In this document: piece by piece, positions 10,265 through 19,911 of the stretch
Layout of the letters: each line of letters starts with the position of its first letter
Position numbering within the stretch: the first letter of the stretch is position 1
Origin: a virus
Virus record (IMG/VR): IMGVR_UViG_3300042908_000680
Span: 1-64,000 of that record
Length of the DNA: 64,000 nt
Reading direction: 5' to 3' (one strand)
Program-made: the position numbers and the translations under genes
Notes under the pieces: generated by a model
The model's input: the letters and a program-made list of their open reading frames with translations, nothing else
Database searches by the model: none
What the model was told of the DNA's origin: nothing

Positions 10265-10474
10265 TCAGTTACAGCAACTGCTGCCGCACTGGCGACTCTG
10301 CCTAGCCTTCTTTACAATACGAAATGGTGCTGTTAGAACACGCTTTGTTACGCTCACAACCGTTGATCCAGCCTTCCTAACTGGATTAGTCGAACATGAC
10401 CCGCTGCAACAATCTGCACTAGCAAGTGTAGCAGACCCAAGAACAATTGCAACCGCACAAATTAGATTCTTCAT
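10265..10474 (-). CDS. small secreted Cys-rich peptide
   Basis: Signal peptide ending ASA, with CCSGSC and CGSSCC; AAGGAG RBS. Confidence 0.65.
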   Translation of the reverse strand: MKNLICAVAIVLGSATLASADCCSGSCSTNPVRKAGSTVVSVTKRVLTAPFRIVKKARQSRQCGSSCCN

Positions 10475-10858
10475 AAATTCTCCTTAATTAGAAATTAAAA
10501 CAAAAGAATAGGTAAGGCGGTCCACGACCGCATCTAAAATATTATAGCCCCTAACTTTTTTCAGACACACGAAATTTTTCTACAGGTGTAGGATTATTTT
10601 CTTATTTTATAAGTTAGGAAAATAGTTCATTCTTGAGGAACAATCTTATTGTCATCAACAACACACTGTCTCAAAAGATTAACAGCAGTTTCTAATAGGG
10701 AGTTAGTTGTTTTCAAATTATCCAAAAGACTATGTTCTATTTTATTGCCATTAAGAAGTGCCAACATAAAAATTCTCTCTTCATAGTCAAGCAAGAACTC
10801 TTGAACATTTTTTCTGAGTTTGTCATTCATTAGTTATTCTCCAAATAGTTATCAATAG

Positions 10859-10930
10859 TAGCCCCAAGAGGAATCGAACCTCTAACTAGACTTTAGAAGA
10901 GTCCTGTTATCTCCATTTAACTATGGGGCC
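10859..10930 (-). tRNA. tRNA-Arg (TCT)
   Basis: Cloverleaf; anticodon loop CTTCTAA; GGTTCGATTCC. Confidence 0.9.
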
Positions 10931-10934
10931 AAAA

Positions 10935-11017
10935 TACCGCTGGCGAGACTTGAACTCGCAAGCCTAAAGGGCGTGGGATTTTAAGTCCCATGTGTATGCC
11001 AATTCCACCACAGCGGC
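10935..11017 (-). tRNA. tRNA-Leu (TAA)
   Basis: Cloverleaf with long variable arm; loop CTTAAAA. Confidence 0.9.
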
Positions 11018-11192
11018 GTTTCTATCATCATACCACTATCATCGGCACTCGTCAAGACACTTCTTTAGTTCTTCTTCATTAGATCTTAATCTTTTTAGTT
11101 CATCTTTAGCATTTAAGATGTTAAAATTAGTTATAGTCCAGTATCCTGTACTAATAGACTTCTCGCAACATTCAATCAAATAGTCTATGGGA

Positions 11193-11633
11193 TTAGAGTC
11201 CTTGTTCATTTTTACTCCTACATGAATCACAAAGGGTGCTAATCCAACCATTTTCATTTGGACTTCCTCTGTCTCCACAAACTTCACAAATCTTATAACT
11301 CATAGCCTCTGCCATAGAAACTAATCCTTCAACATAGTAATCACCGCCACTAAAATAAATTCTAAGACCGCCAAATTTTTCTTTGATTTGATCGAACTTG
11401 ACAGGAATATAATCGTTTTTGTATTCTGGTTCAGTTTTTTGTTTATATTTTGTCTGCCAAACAATATTATTTTCGTGATTCTTAATCATAAAACAAAGAG
11501 GAGAAATAATATCAAACCAACCATTTCCACATTCTATTCCCCATGCCATGCAACTATTTTTTATCCCAAGGTTTTTATTAGAAAAAAGTTCTGAATATTT
11601 TTCAAACAGTTGATTTTGTAGTTCTTGATCCAT
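11193..11633 (-). CDS. phage protein, QIKEKFGGLR family (paralog 2)
   Basis: ECGNGW...QIKEKFGGLR...CEVCG...GWISTLC; start MDQELQ with AGGAG RBS. Confidence 0.75.
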   Translation of the reverse strand: MDQELQNQLFEKYSELFSNKNLGIKNSCMAWGIECGNGWFDIISPLCFMIKNHENNIVWQTKYKQKTEPEYKNDYIPVKFDQIKEKFGGLRIYFSGGDYYVEGLVSMAEAMSYKICEVCGDRGSPNENGWISTLCDSCRSKNEQGL

Positions 11634-12045
11634 TTTTACTCCTACATGAATCACAAAGTGTACTGATCCAGCCGCCCTTATTTGGCTTTCCTTTATTACC
11701 ACAAACTTCACAAGTTTTATAACTCATCGTTTCAGCCATAGTAACCAAACCACGAATGTAATCATTTCCACCAGAATAATAAGCCCTAAGTCCTCCAAAC
11801 TTTTCTTTAATTTGATCAAATTTGAAATCAATAATTTTTTCATTGTTCCCAGCAATAAGTCTATTTCTATCTTTGATATTCTTATTGAGACTCTCTACTA
11901 TCTGGCAAATTGAATTTATAAGATCATACCATCCATTCCCGCACTCTATGCCCATACTCATACAACTTTCCATAGGACTTTTATCTTTATTGCTGAAAAA
12001 GTCTGGATATTTTTCAAATAGTTCATCTTGTAATACTTGGTCCAT
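11602..12045 (-). CDS. phage protein, QIKEKFGGLR family (paralog 1)
   Basis: Same motifs as 11193-11633. Confidence 0.75.
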   Translation of the reverse strand: MDQVLQDELFEKYPDFFSNKDKSPMESCMSMGIECGNGWYDLINSICQIVESLNKNIKDRNRLIAGNNEKIIDFKFDQIKEKFGGLRAYYSGGNDYIRGLVTMAETMSYKTCEVCGNKGKPNKGGWISTLCDSCRSKNGSRTTKSTV

Positions 12046-12163
12046 ATTTTACTCCACATCATACCATTCGGGGAAAAGATCTAAATATAGTTCGCCAAAT
12101 ATTGGACAGTCAGTGTTTATCTGCAAATCCAATATTGGCAAACTTTGTTCACAATCGTCAGAA

Positions 12164-12469
12164 TCAATCATTACCACAGCTTTTGCGACAACAACTTCGT
12201 ACACCATTAAAGTCTAGATCAACTGAAGGATTAGTATCTTCAGAATAAGCATAGAATGAATCTGAATACTGATCTAACTTAAATGTCTGAGTAAATGTAT
12301 CAAATAGTTCAGCCTGTCTCCCCTCATGCAATACTCTGATACCAAAGAGCGTGCTAGCAATATCATCACGGTCTAGATCATGTTCTAATACTAATCTTGC
12401 TAGAAGGTTTAGTTCTTCAGCAATATCATTCATAGCAGTTATCTTGTCTTCAAGCTTAAAGCGGTCCAT
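12164..12469 (-). CDS. hypothetical phage protein
   Basis: MDRFKLE start with GAGGA RBS. Confidence 0.6.
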   Translation of the reverse strand: MDRFKLEDKITAMNDIAEELNLLARLVLEHDLDRDDIASTLFGIRVLHEGRQAELFDTFTQTFKLDQYSDSFYAYSEDTNPSVDLDFNGVRSCCRKSCGND

Positions 12470-12658
12470 GTTGTCCTCTTTCTATTTCTTGTATTAAAGT
12501 TTCATAAAGTAAATCTGTCAAATCATCTTCTTTAATTAATTGTGGGTAATACATTCTAATGGTTTCAGAATAATCATTGTCATGCACATATTTAGCTGGT
12601 GGACTGTAATCAACAGTCGGTATTGTGGAACTAATGATTATTAATGAACCTAACTTGA

Positions 12659-12994
12659 TCATGTATAACGTCTAGAATATTCGCCCTGTATATCACTAAT
12701 AAATTCGGGATTATATCTAGTAGCATCTGGCCCAAGAATATATTCCTCTGGAACATGTTTGTAAACTCCCTTTTGCTTTGCTTCTTCCCAATCAAGACAA
12801 CCAAATCTGCTCCAATAAAGATACTTGAAACCCTCATAACTTTTAGTTTCCATAAGCATCTTCTCAACCAAAACGCAAAGCTTTTGCTTAGTAGATTGGG
12901 GAATTCGTGTTGAAAGCATATCATTAACTGTATTCTTGATATGTTCAAGGAATTCTACAGATACTTGCTTCCTTTTCTTTTTTGTAATCTTCAT
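12659..12994 (-). CDS. hypothetical phage protein
   Basis: GGAGG RBS; operon context. Confidence 0.6.
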   Translation of the reverse strand: MKITKKKRKQVSVEFLEHIKNTVNDMLSTRIPQSTKQKLCVLVEKMLMETKSYEGFKYLYWSRFGCLDWEEAKQKGVYKHVPEEYILGPDATRYNPEFISDIQGEYSRRYT

Positions 12995-12995
12995 A

Positions 12996-13175
12996 TTATT
13001 CCTCCAAAGCTGACGAATTAATTGTTATACTAGGAAACCATTCATTGTCATTAACCTTGAATTCATCAATGTCCGCTTGATATTCTGATCCATCAACGAA
13101 ATCATAAACATACGCAACATCGTTATGTATGTCAGGATGATTATCAATATACTCTTTTAGTTCGCCCCAAGTCAT
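12996..13175 (-). CDS. small acidic protein (MTWGEL..., paralog B; below ORF-track cutoff)
   Basis: Translated by hand, 59 aa, GAGGA RBS. Confidence 0.6.
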   Translation of the reverse strand: MTWGELKEYIDNHPDIHNDVAYVYDFVDGSEYQADIDEFKVNDNEWFPSITINSSALEE

Positions 13176-13179
13176 TGTT

Positions 13180-13353
13180 TTATTCCTCTATGTTGTTGAT
13201 TGCTAAATATGGAGTCCAACCGTCTTGCAGTAATTCCGTTATTTCTGCTTCGTGTTCTTTTCCATCTTCGTAATCATATATTTTAACTTCTTCGTCTAGT
13301 GTTTCTGTATCTTGATCTGCTATAAATTTCATCAGTTCTCGCCAAGTCATCAT
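13180..13353 (-). CDS. small acidic protein (MMTWREL..., paralog A; below ORF-track cutoff)
   Basis: Translated by hand, 57 aa, AAGGAG RBS, directly downstream of promoter 13375-13403. Confidence 0.6.
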   Translation of the reverse strand: MMTWRELMKFIADQDTETLDEEVKIYDYEDGKEHEAEITELLQDGWTPYLAINNIEE

Positions 13354-13399
13354 AACTCCTTTGCGATTGAACGTATTATACAGTATCGTCTTCCTTGTG

Positions 13400-13675
13400 T
13401 CAAGTACTTGAAGTTTCTTCTACCGGTTCTTCAAGGTCAACCCTAGATTTATAACTGCTATAACGATTAGGGTCAGCCATTCCACTGTCTATACGATTCT
13501 TCTTTGTTACATAAAATCCACGATCATCCTTGCAGACTACTTCATCTGCATTTATTGAAATAGGTTTATATTGTGATAGGTCAACGATCATAGATGAATC
13601 GCTACCATATGGTGTTTTGGTTGTTACAACTGTGCCAGACTCATGCTGGCGGGCCTTAAATAGTTTTCTTGCCAT
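13400..13675 (-). CDS. hypothetical phage protein
   Basis: Operon packing. Confidence 0.6.
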   Translation of the reverse strand: MARKLFKARQHESGTVVTTKTPYGSDSSMIVDLSQYKPISINADEVVCKDDRGFYVTKKNRIDSGMADPNRYSSYKSRVDLEEPVEETSST

Positions 13676-14003
13676 TTTTATTATCCTTTGCTGAACAAGT
13701 CATACAATTCAAATCAGTGTCCCAATAAGTGTCAATTAAATCTTTAGAAGCCATTTTAGATAAATGAACGCCCAAAACCCAATCATTTACATCAGTAAAT
13801 ATCTTTTGTAAAAGCTTAGTATTTAGTAAGTAATCTCCATCTCTCTCAATAGCGTGTTGTTTTATAATAGATACTATCTCACTTGGCTTTATAAAGCCAG
13901 TAAGTTGATCTAATGGTATTTCTCTATTTCTGGCAACATCCTTGCCAATATGCTTTGCTGTCTTTTTTAAATGTTTAATTCTAACTAGTGGGTCTTTTTC
14001 CAT
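13656..14003 (-). CDS. hypothetical phage protein
   Basis: Start overlaps the uvsE stop. Confidence 0.6.
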   Translation of the reverse strand: MEKDPLVRIKHLKKTAKHIGKDVARNREIPLDQLTGFIKPSEIVSIIKQHAIERDGDYLLNTKLLQKIFTDVNDWVLGVHLSKMASKDLIDTYWDTDLNCMTCSAKDNKNGKKTI

Positions 14004-14917
14004 TATGCACCTATCAAATTGTTAGTGTAACGAGATATTGCATTATCCTTCATCTTGAGTTCAAAGTCAAGATCAAAATCTAAGCCATAAGTATTAAAAG
14101 AATTATTTGCGTAATCCGCGTGCGCTCTTGGGTTATTACCGGGACGGCTTTCGCTGTAATGGAACAGGGGTTTATAGTCGCCCCACGTTGCATAGCAAGC
14201 GTTTATAGCCTCTTCCTCTGATAAACCGTCTGGATGGCAGGCATGGTGTAAATAGTCGAATGTGATGGGTATGTTGGTCTTAGAATGAAATATAGATGTA
14301 AGTTCATGAACACTCCAGCAATTTACTTTATCATCGTTTTCGATGACAAGCCTGCTACGGCAATTGGGATCAAGAAGATTAAAACTGTTAGTAAATCTAG
14401 ATATAATAGAGTCATAGTCGCCCGTCTTATTATGAACGTGTAAATTCATTGGTGATCGGTAGTCTGCTGGGCATCCTATTCGATCCATGAAAGATGAATA
14501 AAAATTAAGTTCTGTAATCGTTTTGTCTACTGCTTTTTGGTTCATAGAAGCAAGGACATTAAATTCACTGGGATGACATGATATACGCACCCCAGTGTTT
14601 TTAATAGTATTTTCTAGAATGTCAAAACTGTCTTGTATATCATCATGATTTGGCAGATCATCTAACTCAATGCCAGCCTCGTCATATGTGATAAGAGGAA
14701 ACAAATCACTACTAATCCTGTAACTATAATCGCATTGCCCGCAATATTCAATAATGGCATTTGTAGTCTCCATATTGTTAAGAATTCTATCTCCCAATAC
14801 GGACAATGCTTCTTCCCTAGGCAGGCTAGAGAATCTTTTAAAGGTCATAGTTTGGAACTTAACTGGAGGGTCAAGTTCCTGTAACTTTAGAGATATACAA
14901 CAAAGGCCAAATTTCAT
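14003..14917 (-). CDS. uvsE: UV-damage endonuclease
   Basis: FGLCCIS, YRISSDLFP, RISCHP, LVIENDD, TFDYLHH, HYSE, HADY and ELKMKD motifs. Confidence 0.93.
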   Translation of the reverse strand: MKFGLCCISLKLQELDPPVKFQTMTFKRFSSLPREEALSVLGDRILNNMETTNAIIEYCGQCDYSYRISSDLFPLITYDEAGIELDDLPNHDDIQDSFDILENTIKNTGVRISCHPSEFNVLASMNQKAVDKTITELNFYSSFMDRIGCPADYRSPMNLHVHNKTGDYDSIISRFTNSFNLLDPNCRSRLVIENDDKVNCWSVHELTSIFHSKTNIPITFDYLHHACHPDGLSEEEAINACYATWGDYKPLFHYSESRPGNNPRAHADYANNSFNTYGLDFDLDFELKMKDNAISRYTNNLIGA

Positions 14918-14974
14918 ATAATTTACTCGTAGGTATGTGTCCGCTATCCTATTATACTTCGTCTAGCGTACTTG

Positions 14975-15223
14975 TCAACCTTGAGTCTGATTTTTCTTCC
15001 AACTGAACAAACTGTTTAGCCAAGCTTTTCTTTTACTACAATTACACTCTTGCAAGTTAAACCATTCCTTAAATCTCTCTTCAGTAATTCCTACTGATTT
15101 TAATGCCCCTTCAACAACATCGCCCAAACCTACTACATTATTAACTACGTGGCTATTAGGACTGATACCTTGGCTCTCTAATTGTTGTATTACTTGATCC
15201 ATTTCTTGTTTGATGTCGCTCAT
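14975..15223 (-). CDS. hypothetical protein (GLGDVVE...CNC..RK..LN)
   Basis: GGAG RBS; upstream GTGTATA motif. Confidence 0.6.
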   Translation of the reverse strand: MSDIKQEMDQVIQQLESQGISPNSHVVNNVVGLGDVVEGALKSVGITEERFKEWFNLQECNCSKRKAWLNSLFSWKKNQTQG

Positions 15224-15630
15224 TTTTTTCTCCCAGTTGTGGGTTTTAATCCCTTTTAGTATTTTTTTCGATGGTTTTCTGTGGGTACTTTTCCATCATT
15301 ACATAAGTAATATACACTCAAAAAGAGACTAGTTCTGGGATGTTAGATCATATACCTACAGATACGTTTAACACCATAAAAACATATATATAATATACAT
15401 ACTACAACCCATATACATAAGAGTAATAACACACTACATATTGCTACCCATAATTTTGATTTGAACGTGGATAATTCACATAAATAATAAATTTTCATAT
15501 ATGCCTATTTTTCTAGAGTCTATGGGTACTAGGGTAAGTGTAGAAGGTATATAAAGAGTAAGACCCACAGTAACCTTTAGGGGGCTATATGGGTCTATTG
15601 GTATATATGTATATGTATATGGTATATATA

Positions 15631-15897
15631 CTACTCTATATTAGACAGAGCCAATTCTATCATACTAAGGTACTGATCTAGTTGTCTAGGGGTTAATTCC
15701 TTGCCATTAGCAGCAAGGGCATGTCTATATGCTAGCCTTTCCTTGGTCTTCATCTTGGGAAGTGGGCGTAATTCTCTTAATTTTGATTTATCAGTGCAAT
15801 TTACTATTTCTTTATAGGCTCTATAAGAGTCACTATCAGTATATGGTTCCTCATACAGTTCACTCATGTATAAGAAGAATTCTTTCTTTGTAATCAT
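15631..15897 (-). CDS. hypothetical protein
   Basis: 88-aa ORF with upstream purine-rich RBS. Confidence 0.55.
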   Translation of the reverse strand: MITKKEFFLYMSELYEEPYTDSDSYRAYKEIVNCTDKSKLRELRPLPKMKTKERLAYRHALAANGKELTPRQLDQYLSMIELALSNIE

Positions 15898-15985
15898 AGT
15901 ATTTTATCCCCTTGAAATTTGGGGCGTTTTGCCCCTTATATCTATAAATAAAGATGCTAAAACATAAATATTTGAGGAATTTGAC

Positions 15986-16423
15986 CTATTTTGCATGAAC
16001 AGGAATATTGGTCTTTACTATCTTATGTGGGCTACGATACATGTTTGGAATAGTATCAGACTTGATCTCTGGTCCCATATATATATACCCAAAGCCACCA
16101 TCATTAGCGTAAACAATCAAGCCATTAGTGTCTTTATTCTTAACAGTATATACTCCAGCATCAGTCATGTACTGCTTATCACCATTCTCACCTACATAAT
16201 AATTACCAGATCGTCCAATGACCTTAATACGATCACCAGTAGTCAAAGACTTCCAATCTTCAATTTCCTCAAACTTCTTTACCTTCTTAACCTTGGGCGG
16301 CTTCTTACTTTTAGAAGTAGCCCCAATGTTGAATTCAGTATTACAATGCTTACAGGTACGTGACCTAGCACCATTAATACCGTTACAACTCTTACATAAT
16401 TTCTGTCCACGCTTAACTTTCAT
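15986..16423 (-). CDS. Zn-ribbon protein
   Basis: CKSC...CKHC; AAGGAG RBS; promoter at 16486-16514. Confidence 0.65.
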   Translation of the reverse strand: MKVKRGQKLCKSCNGINGARSRTCKHCNTEFNIGATSKSKKPPKVKKVKKFEEIEDWKSLTTGDRIKVIGRSGNYYVGENGDKQYMTDAGVYTVKNKDTNGLIVYANDGGFGYIYMGPEIKSDTIPNMYRSPHKIVKTNIPVHAK

Positions 16424-16606
16424 TTTTGTCTCCTTCACTGACTATAGCTACCTTGGCGATCTTAAAGAATTGAGTGATACACGCCAGTATACATCGTCTG
16501 CCACGGTTTGTCAACTTTAAAAAAGTTTCTACGCATATACTATTAGTATATTTATAAGTAGAAAAGCAAATCTCACTGACTATGGCTACTCTGGCGATCT
16601 TATTAA

Positions 16607-16873
16607 TTAAGGTGATACAATAGATATTTTATTATTATCAGTATTGAACTTGACAAAATAACTATTGCTGATATACTTACCTTCAATGCCCTCAACATAA
16701 CGCTTACTATATAGATTAACGCGCCACTTATCATCAAATACATTAAAGCACTTTGAGAATATATAATCAGTGGGCTTCTCTACGTATTCAAATATAAAGT
16801 CACATGGTGTATATCCATAATTACTCTTCTTCACCGTAGTCTCTTCAACGTTTTCTTTTTTAATCTTTGCCAT
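16607..16873 (-). CDS. hypothetical phage protein
   Basis: AAGGAG RBS. Confidence 0.6.
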   Translation of the reverse strand: MAKIKKENVEETTVKKSNYGYTPCDFIFEYVEKPTDYIFSKCFNVFDDKWRVNLYSKRYVEGIEGKYISNSYFVKFNTDNNKISIVSP

Positions 16874-17040
16874 ATATTATCTCCTTGGTTAAATCTCGCT
16901 GACTGTATTGCAATATGTTGAACCGTTTATATGGGGAAGTACAGCCCCATTTGCCCAGCTTATATATTTGCCCTATCTTATCTATTCTGTGCATCTTACC
17001 AAAGACACACTACCCCATTGTACCATATCGACACACTCGA

Positions 17041-17172
17041 CACAAGTACTTGAGAACAAACGACTTACGTTGTCTTACCATTAGACTTGACGTAAGTACT
17101 TGGAAATAAAAGACTTATGAATGATCGCCCCGGCCCCGGTCGCCGCAAACCCTTATCACCAAAGGACTTACG
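17041..17172. repeat. palindrome-doublet element 1 (sites 17091-17119, 17144-17172) plus an extra site at 17041-17069
   Basis: 11-7-11 inverted repeats, 24-bp GC spacer. Confidence 0.85.
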
Positions 17173-17235
17173 ACGAATCGGGAGTTCGTGAGAGTGGGGA
17201 AGGGGGTTTCCCCCCAACCCCAACCCTCCCACTAA

Positions 17236-18432
17236 CTAAGCGGTCAGAGCGAAAACCTTTTCGTAATCCTTGTCGGTGAAAGTATCAGCACGACGCAGGA
17301 TCGTTGCCCAGCGGTCTGCATTAGTATCAAGCAGACTGCCAGCGATTTCATCGAACTTCACCCAAGTCTTATTATCAAACTTCTGTCCCGCACGGGTCAG
17401 ACCGTTGATAATACCAAAGAGATTACGCTCTCCAGATTCCATAGTAATATACTGCTCAAGAAACTCAGTTGCTTCACGCTTGCTCAGTTTGTAATCCGAC
17501 GATACCGTAGCCACAACACCCTTCACGCTAGCCTTGCCAGTTTCCAAGGCACGGGTAGCCAGAAACTGCTTGATGCCGGGAGCAAGAAGCGGAATCTGAT
17601 CTTGGATATTATGAGCGATTTCCGTTTTCAGAACAGCGAGGTCGATATTGCCACGGTGAACGCGGCGAATCTTCTCACCCTTAGTCTGACCCCAGATGCA
17701 ACCGTTCATACAGATGGCACGAAAAAGGCTAGGCGTCTGGCTAATGCGGCGAGTGCCGATTTCGCAGTTGCCCACACTAATCATTCCACCATAATCACTA
17801 TCGTCAGCACCGTAGTCCATGATAGTATCGGGGATAAGGATATTGCCATAGATAGTATCCTCATCGCCACGCCAGTGACTGAAACGACCGCCGGGAACAA
17901 ACTCCGACAGGGTTTCCAGATACCAGCGATTATCCACTGGAGCATATTGCTCAGTCACGAACGCACGGCAAGTACCATCCGTATATGTACGGAGTCGGAA
18001 CTTCTTATCGGCGTCGATTCGACGCAGAGCATTGTTGCCAACGTATGCCATCGTGTCAGCATCCGCAAGATCGAAGTTTTCGATATTACGCATCTCACGA
18101 AGGAACGAGGACGAGGTAACACCCACGCGAACGCTAAACTGTTCAATGGCGTGGTCCGTAGGGCGAAACTCTCGTCCATCGTTCAACTTCAAAAAGAATC
18201 CTTTATCATTACCAACACAGGTAATGTTCTTACGCTCAGTCAGAATATCTTCGCGGTTCTCCACAGCGACGTTGGCATCTTGCATGACCTGCTCGTAGGT
18301 CTTGGTCTTTGCCCACCAATCCTTGTGAACATGCGTACCCTTCTCAAAACCAGTGCCAGTAGCACCAGTGAGAGTACGAACAAAATCGCCTTCGCTCGGC
18401 TTGCTCTGAATCGTCAACTTATCGTAACTCAT
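17236..18432 (-). CDS. DUF932-like protein
   Basis: YAPVDN, ISVGNCEIG...FRAICMNG and NLFGIINGLT motifs. Confidence 0.7.
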   Translation of the reverse strand: MSYDKLTIQSKPSEGDFVRTLTGATGTGFEKGTHVHKDWWAKTKTYEQVMQDANVAVENREDILTERKNITCVGNDKGFFLKLNDGREFRPTDHAIEQFSVRVGVTSSSFLREMRNIENFDLADADTMAYVGNNALRRIDADKKFRLRTYTDGTCRAFVTEQYAPVDNRWYLETLSEFVPGGRFSHWRGDEDTIYGNILIPDTIMDYGADDSDYGGMISVGNCEIGTRRISQTPSLFRAICMNGCIWGQTKGEKIRRVHRGNIDLAVLKTEIAHNIQDQIPLLAPGIKQFLATRALETGKASVKGVVATVSSDYKLSKREATEFLEQYITMESGERNLFGIINGLTRAGQKFDNKTWVKFDEIAGSLLDTNADRWATILRRADTFTDKDYEKVFALTA

Positions 18433-18479
18433 TATCAATCTCCTAGTAGTGGGTTATCAACTTCTCGTATTATACAGGA

Positions 18480-18710
18480 TCACTCGTCGTTGTCAAGGTC
18501 TGGCGGAAACATTTCATCGAAACATTGTCCGCAGATTCCGCTCAACAGTAGTTCACGTTCATTCATAGAAAGATAGTGCAGGGCATCTTGAATAGCAAAT
18601 GCACCACTCAGCCAATCGTACATATCATTCTCATTGAACATCAGCACAAACTGACGCCCGCAGTTCTTGCAGAAAGCATCGCACGAAGTATCGTAAACCG
18701 CAGCAACCAT
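18480..18710 (-). CDS. small Zn-finger phage protein
   Basis: CKNC...ERELLLSGICGQCFD. Confidence 0.65.
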   Translation of the reverse strand: MVAAVYDTSCDAFCKNCGRQFVLMFNENDMYDWLSGAFAIQDALHYLSMNERELLLSGICGQCFDEMFPPDLDNDE

Positions 18711-18785
18711 AACTGTCTCCTTTTCAACCATCATACCCTATATATCGGGCATGTCAAGGGGTCAGCATTAGTTTTTTCTTTTTGA

Positions 18786-18867
18786 CGTAAGTTGTTTGGT
18801 GATAAGGACTTACGATCAGCGGGGCGGGCCGCGTTCGCCCTAAATCCTTGTGGCTAAAGGACTTAGA
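18786..18867. repeat. palindrome-doublet element 2 (spacer in inverted orientation)
   Basis: CGTAAGTTGTT-TGGTGAT-AAGGACTTACG, 24-bp spacer, CCTAAATCCTT-GTGGCTA-AAGGACTTAGA. Confidence 0.9.
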
Positions 18868-18896
18868 GCGAATCACGGTGCTAGTCTTCCCAAGCA

Positions 18897-19352
18897 TTAT
18901 CCAAACTGAGTCCATCTACGCTCAGTAATAATATCTTTATATTTCTCGCCAGCAGGACTAAGTTGTACCATACCACTTACGCAGAATATACAACCATCTT
19001 CATCTCCCGGCTCATCATATCTATCGCCTTGATCTTCATCGTAATTATCAAAGTATAAAGTCAATCCAGTTTTTTCGTTGAAAGCCTTTGTAAGATTGAT
19101 AATATGATTGTCATACACCTTAACCATTTCCTCTGCAATCTTTTCGCTATCTTCGCTTTCTGGATTATCCAAAGATTCTAAGATATTCTCTTTGAACTGA
19201 TCGGGATCGCTCCACGACATCCAACATCCAATACTATTCCAACCCACAGAATCAAAATACTTTTCCTTTTCAATAGCCGCTATTTCATCTGGACAAATCT
19301 TTTTCAGTTCATCGTATGGAATAACATAACTACTTACCGCATAACTACCCAT
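18897..19352 (-). CDS. hypothetical acidic protein
   Basis: ORF with AGGAG RBS upstream of MGMG; exact start uncertain. Confidence 0.55.
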   Translation of the reverse strand: MGSYAVSSYVIPYDELKKICPDEIAAIEKEKYFDSVGWNSIGCWMSWSDPDQFKENILESLDNPESEDSEKIAEEMVKVYDNHIINLTKAFNEKTGLTLYFDNYDEDQGDRYDEPGDEDGCIFCVSGMVQLSPAGEKYKDIITERRWTQFG

Positions 19353-19550
19353 ACCCATGATTAGCACTCCTGAGTTTCTATGTATGTTTTACCAGTAGCA
19401 GTTTCGTATACTTCAGAAATCGCCCACGATTCCATATGTACAGTATTTTCATCTGGATACTGTGGGAGTAAAATGCCACACTTTTTAATAGCATCCTCAA
19501 TAGAGTTACAGTCTCGCATAACAGCATTGATAGTAACGTAATGGTACATA

Positions 19551-19760
19551 TTAGACCTTTGAGTAGTAGTTACTGAAAATATCATCCCACGTTGGAAACT
19601 CGTAGAAAGGATCTCCCTCGTTTACACACGCTCCCGTTTTCTGGTTGTAAACGTCATAGAAAGATACATTACGAGTATCCATATCAGCCCAAGAATCATA
19701 ACACGCATAAATATCATACTGTACATCATCCATAACATAGGTGGCTACTTTCTCGTTCAT
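19551..19760 (-). CDS. hypothetical protein
   Basis: AGGAG RBS. Confidence 0.55.
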   Translation of the reverse strand: MNEKVATYVMDDVQYDIYACYDSWADMDTRNVSFYDVYNQKTGACVNEGDPFYEFPTWDDIFSNYYSKV

Positions 19761-19911
19761 AATATACTATCTCCTAAATGGTTGGGGGCGTGTTGACTTT
19801 TAGTATTCAAACAACGTCCTATTTATTCTTCTGTAAACAGCATACTCCAAACGAAAATCATAATCATTAGTTCTATCAAGGAACCTCCCTAGTGTGATGA
19901 TAACAACACAA

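Noticed and set aside
9836-10336. Ser-rich plus-strand ORF, and similar shadow ORFs at 50165-50524 and 63381-63731
   Set aside because: Low-complexity antisense translations of real genes.
17602-18576. 324-aa plus-strand ORF
   Set aside because: Antisense shadow of the DUF932-like gene, with no RBS or motifs.
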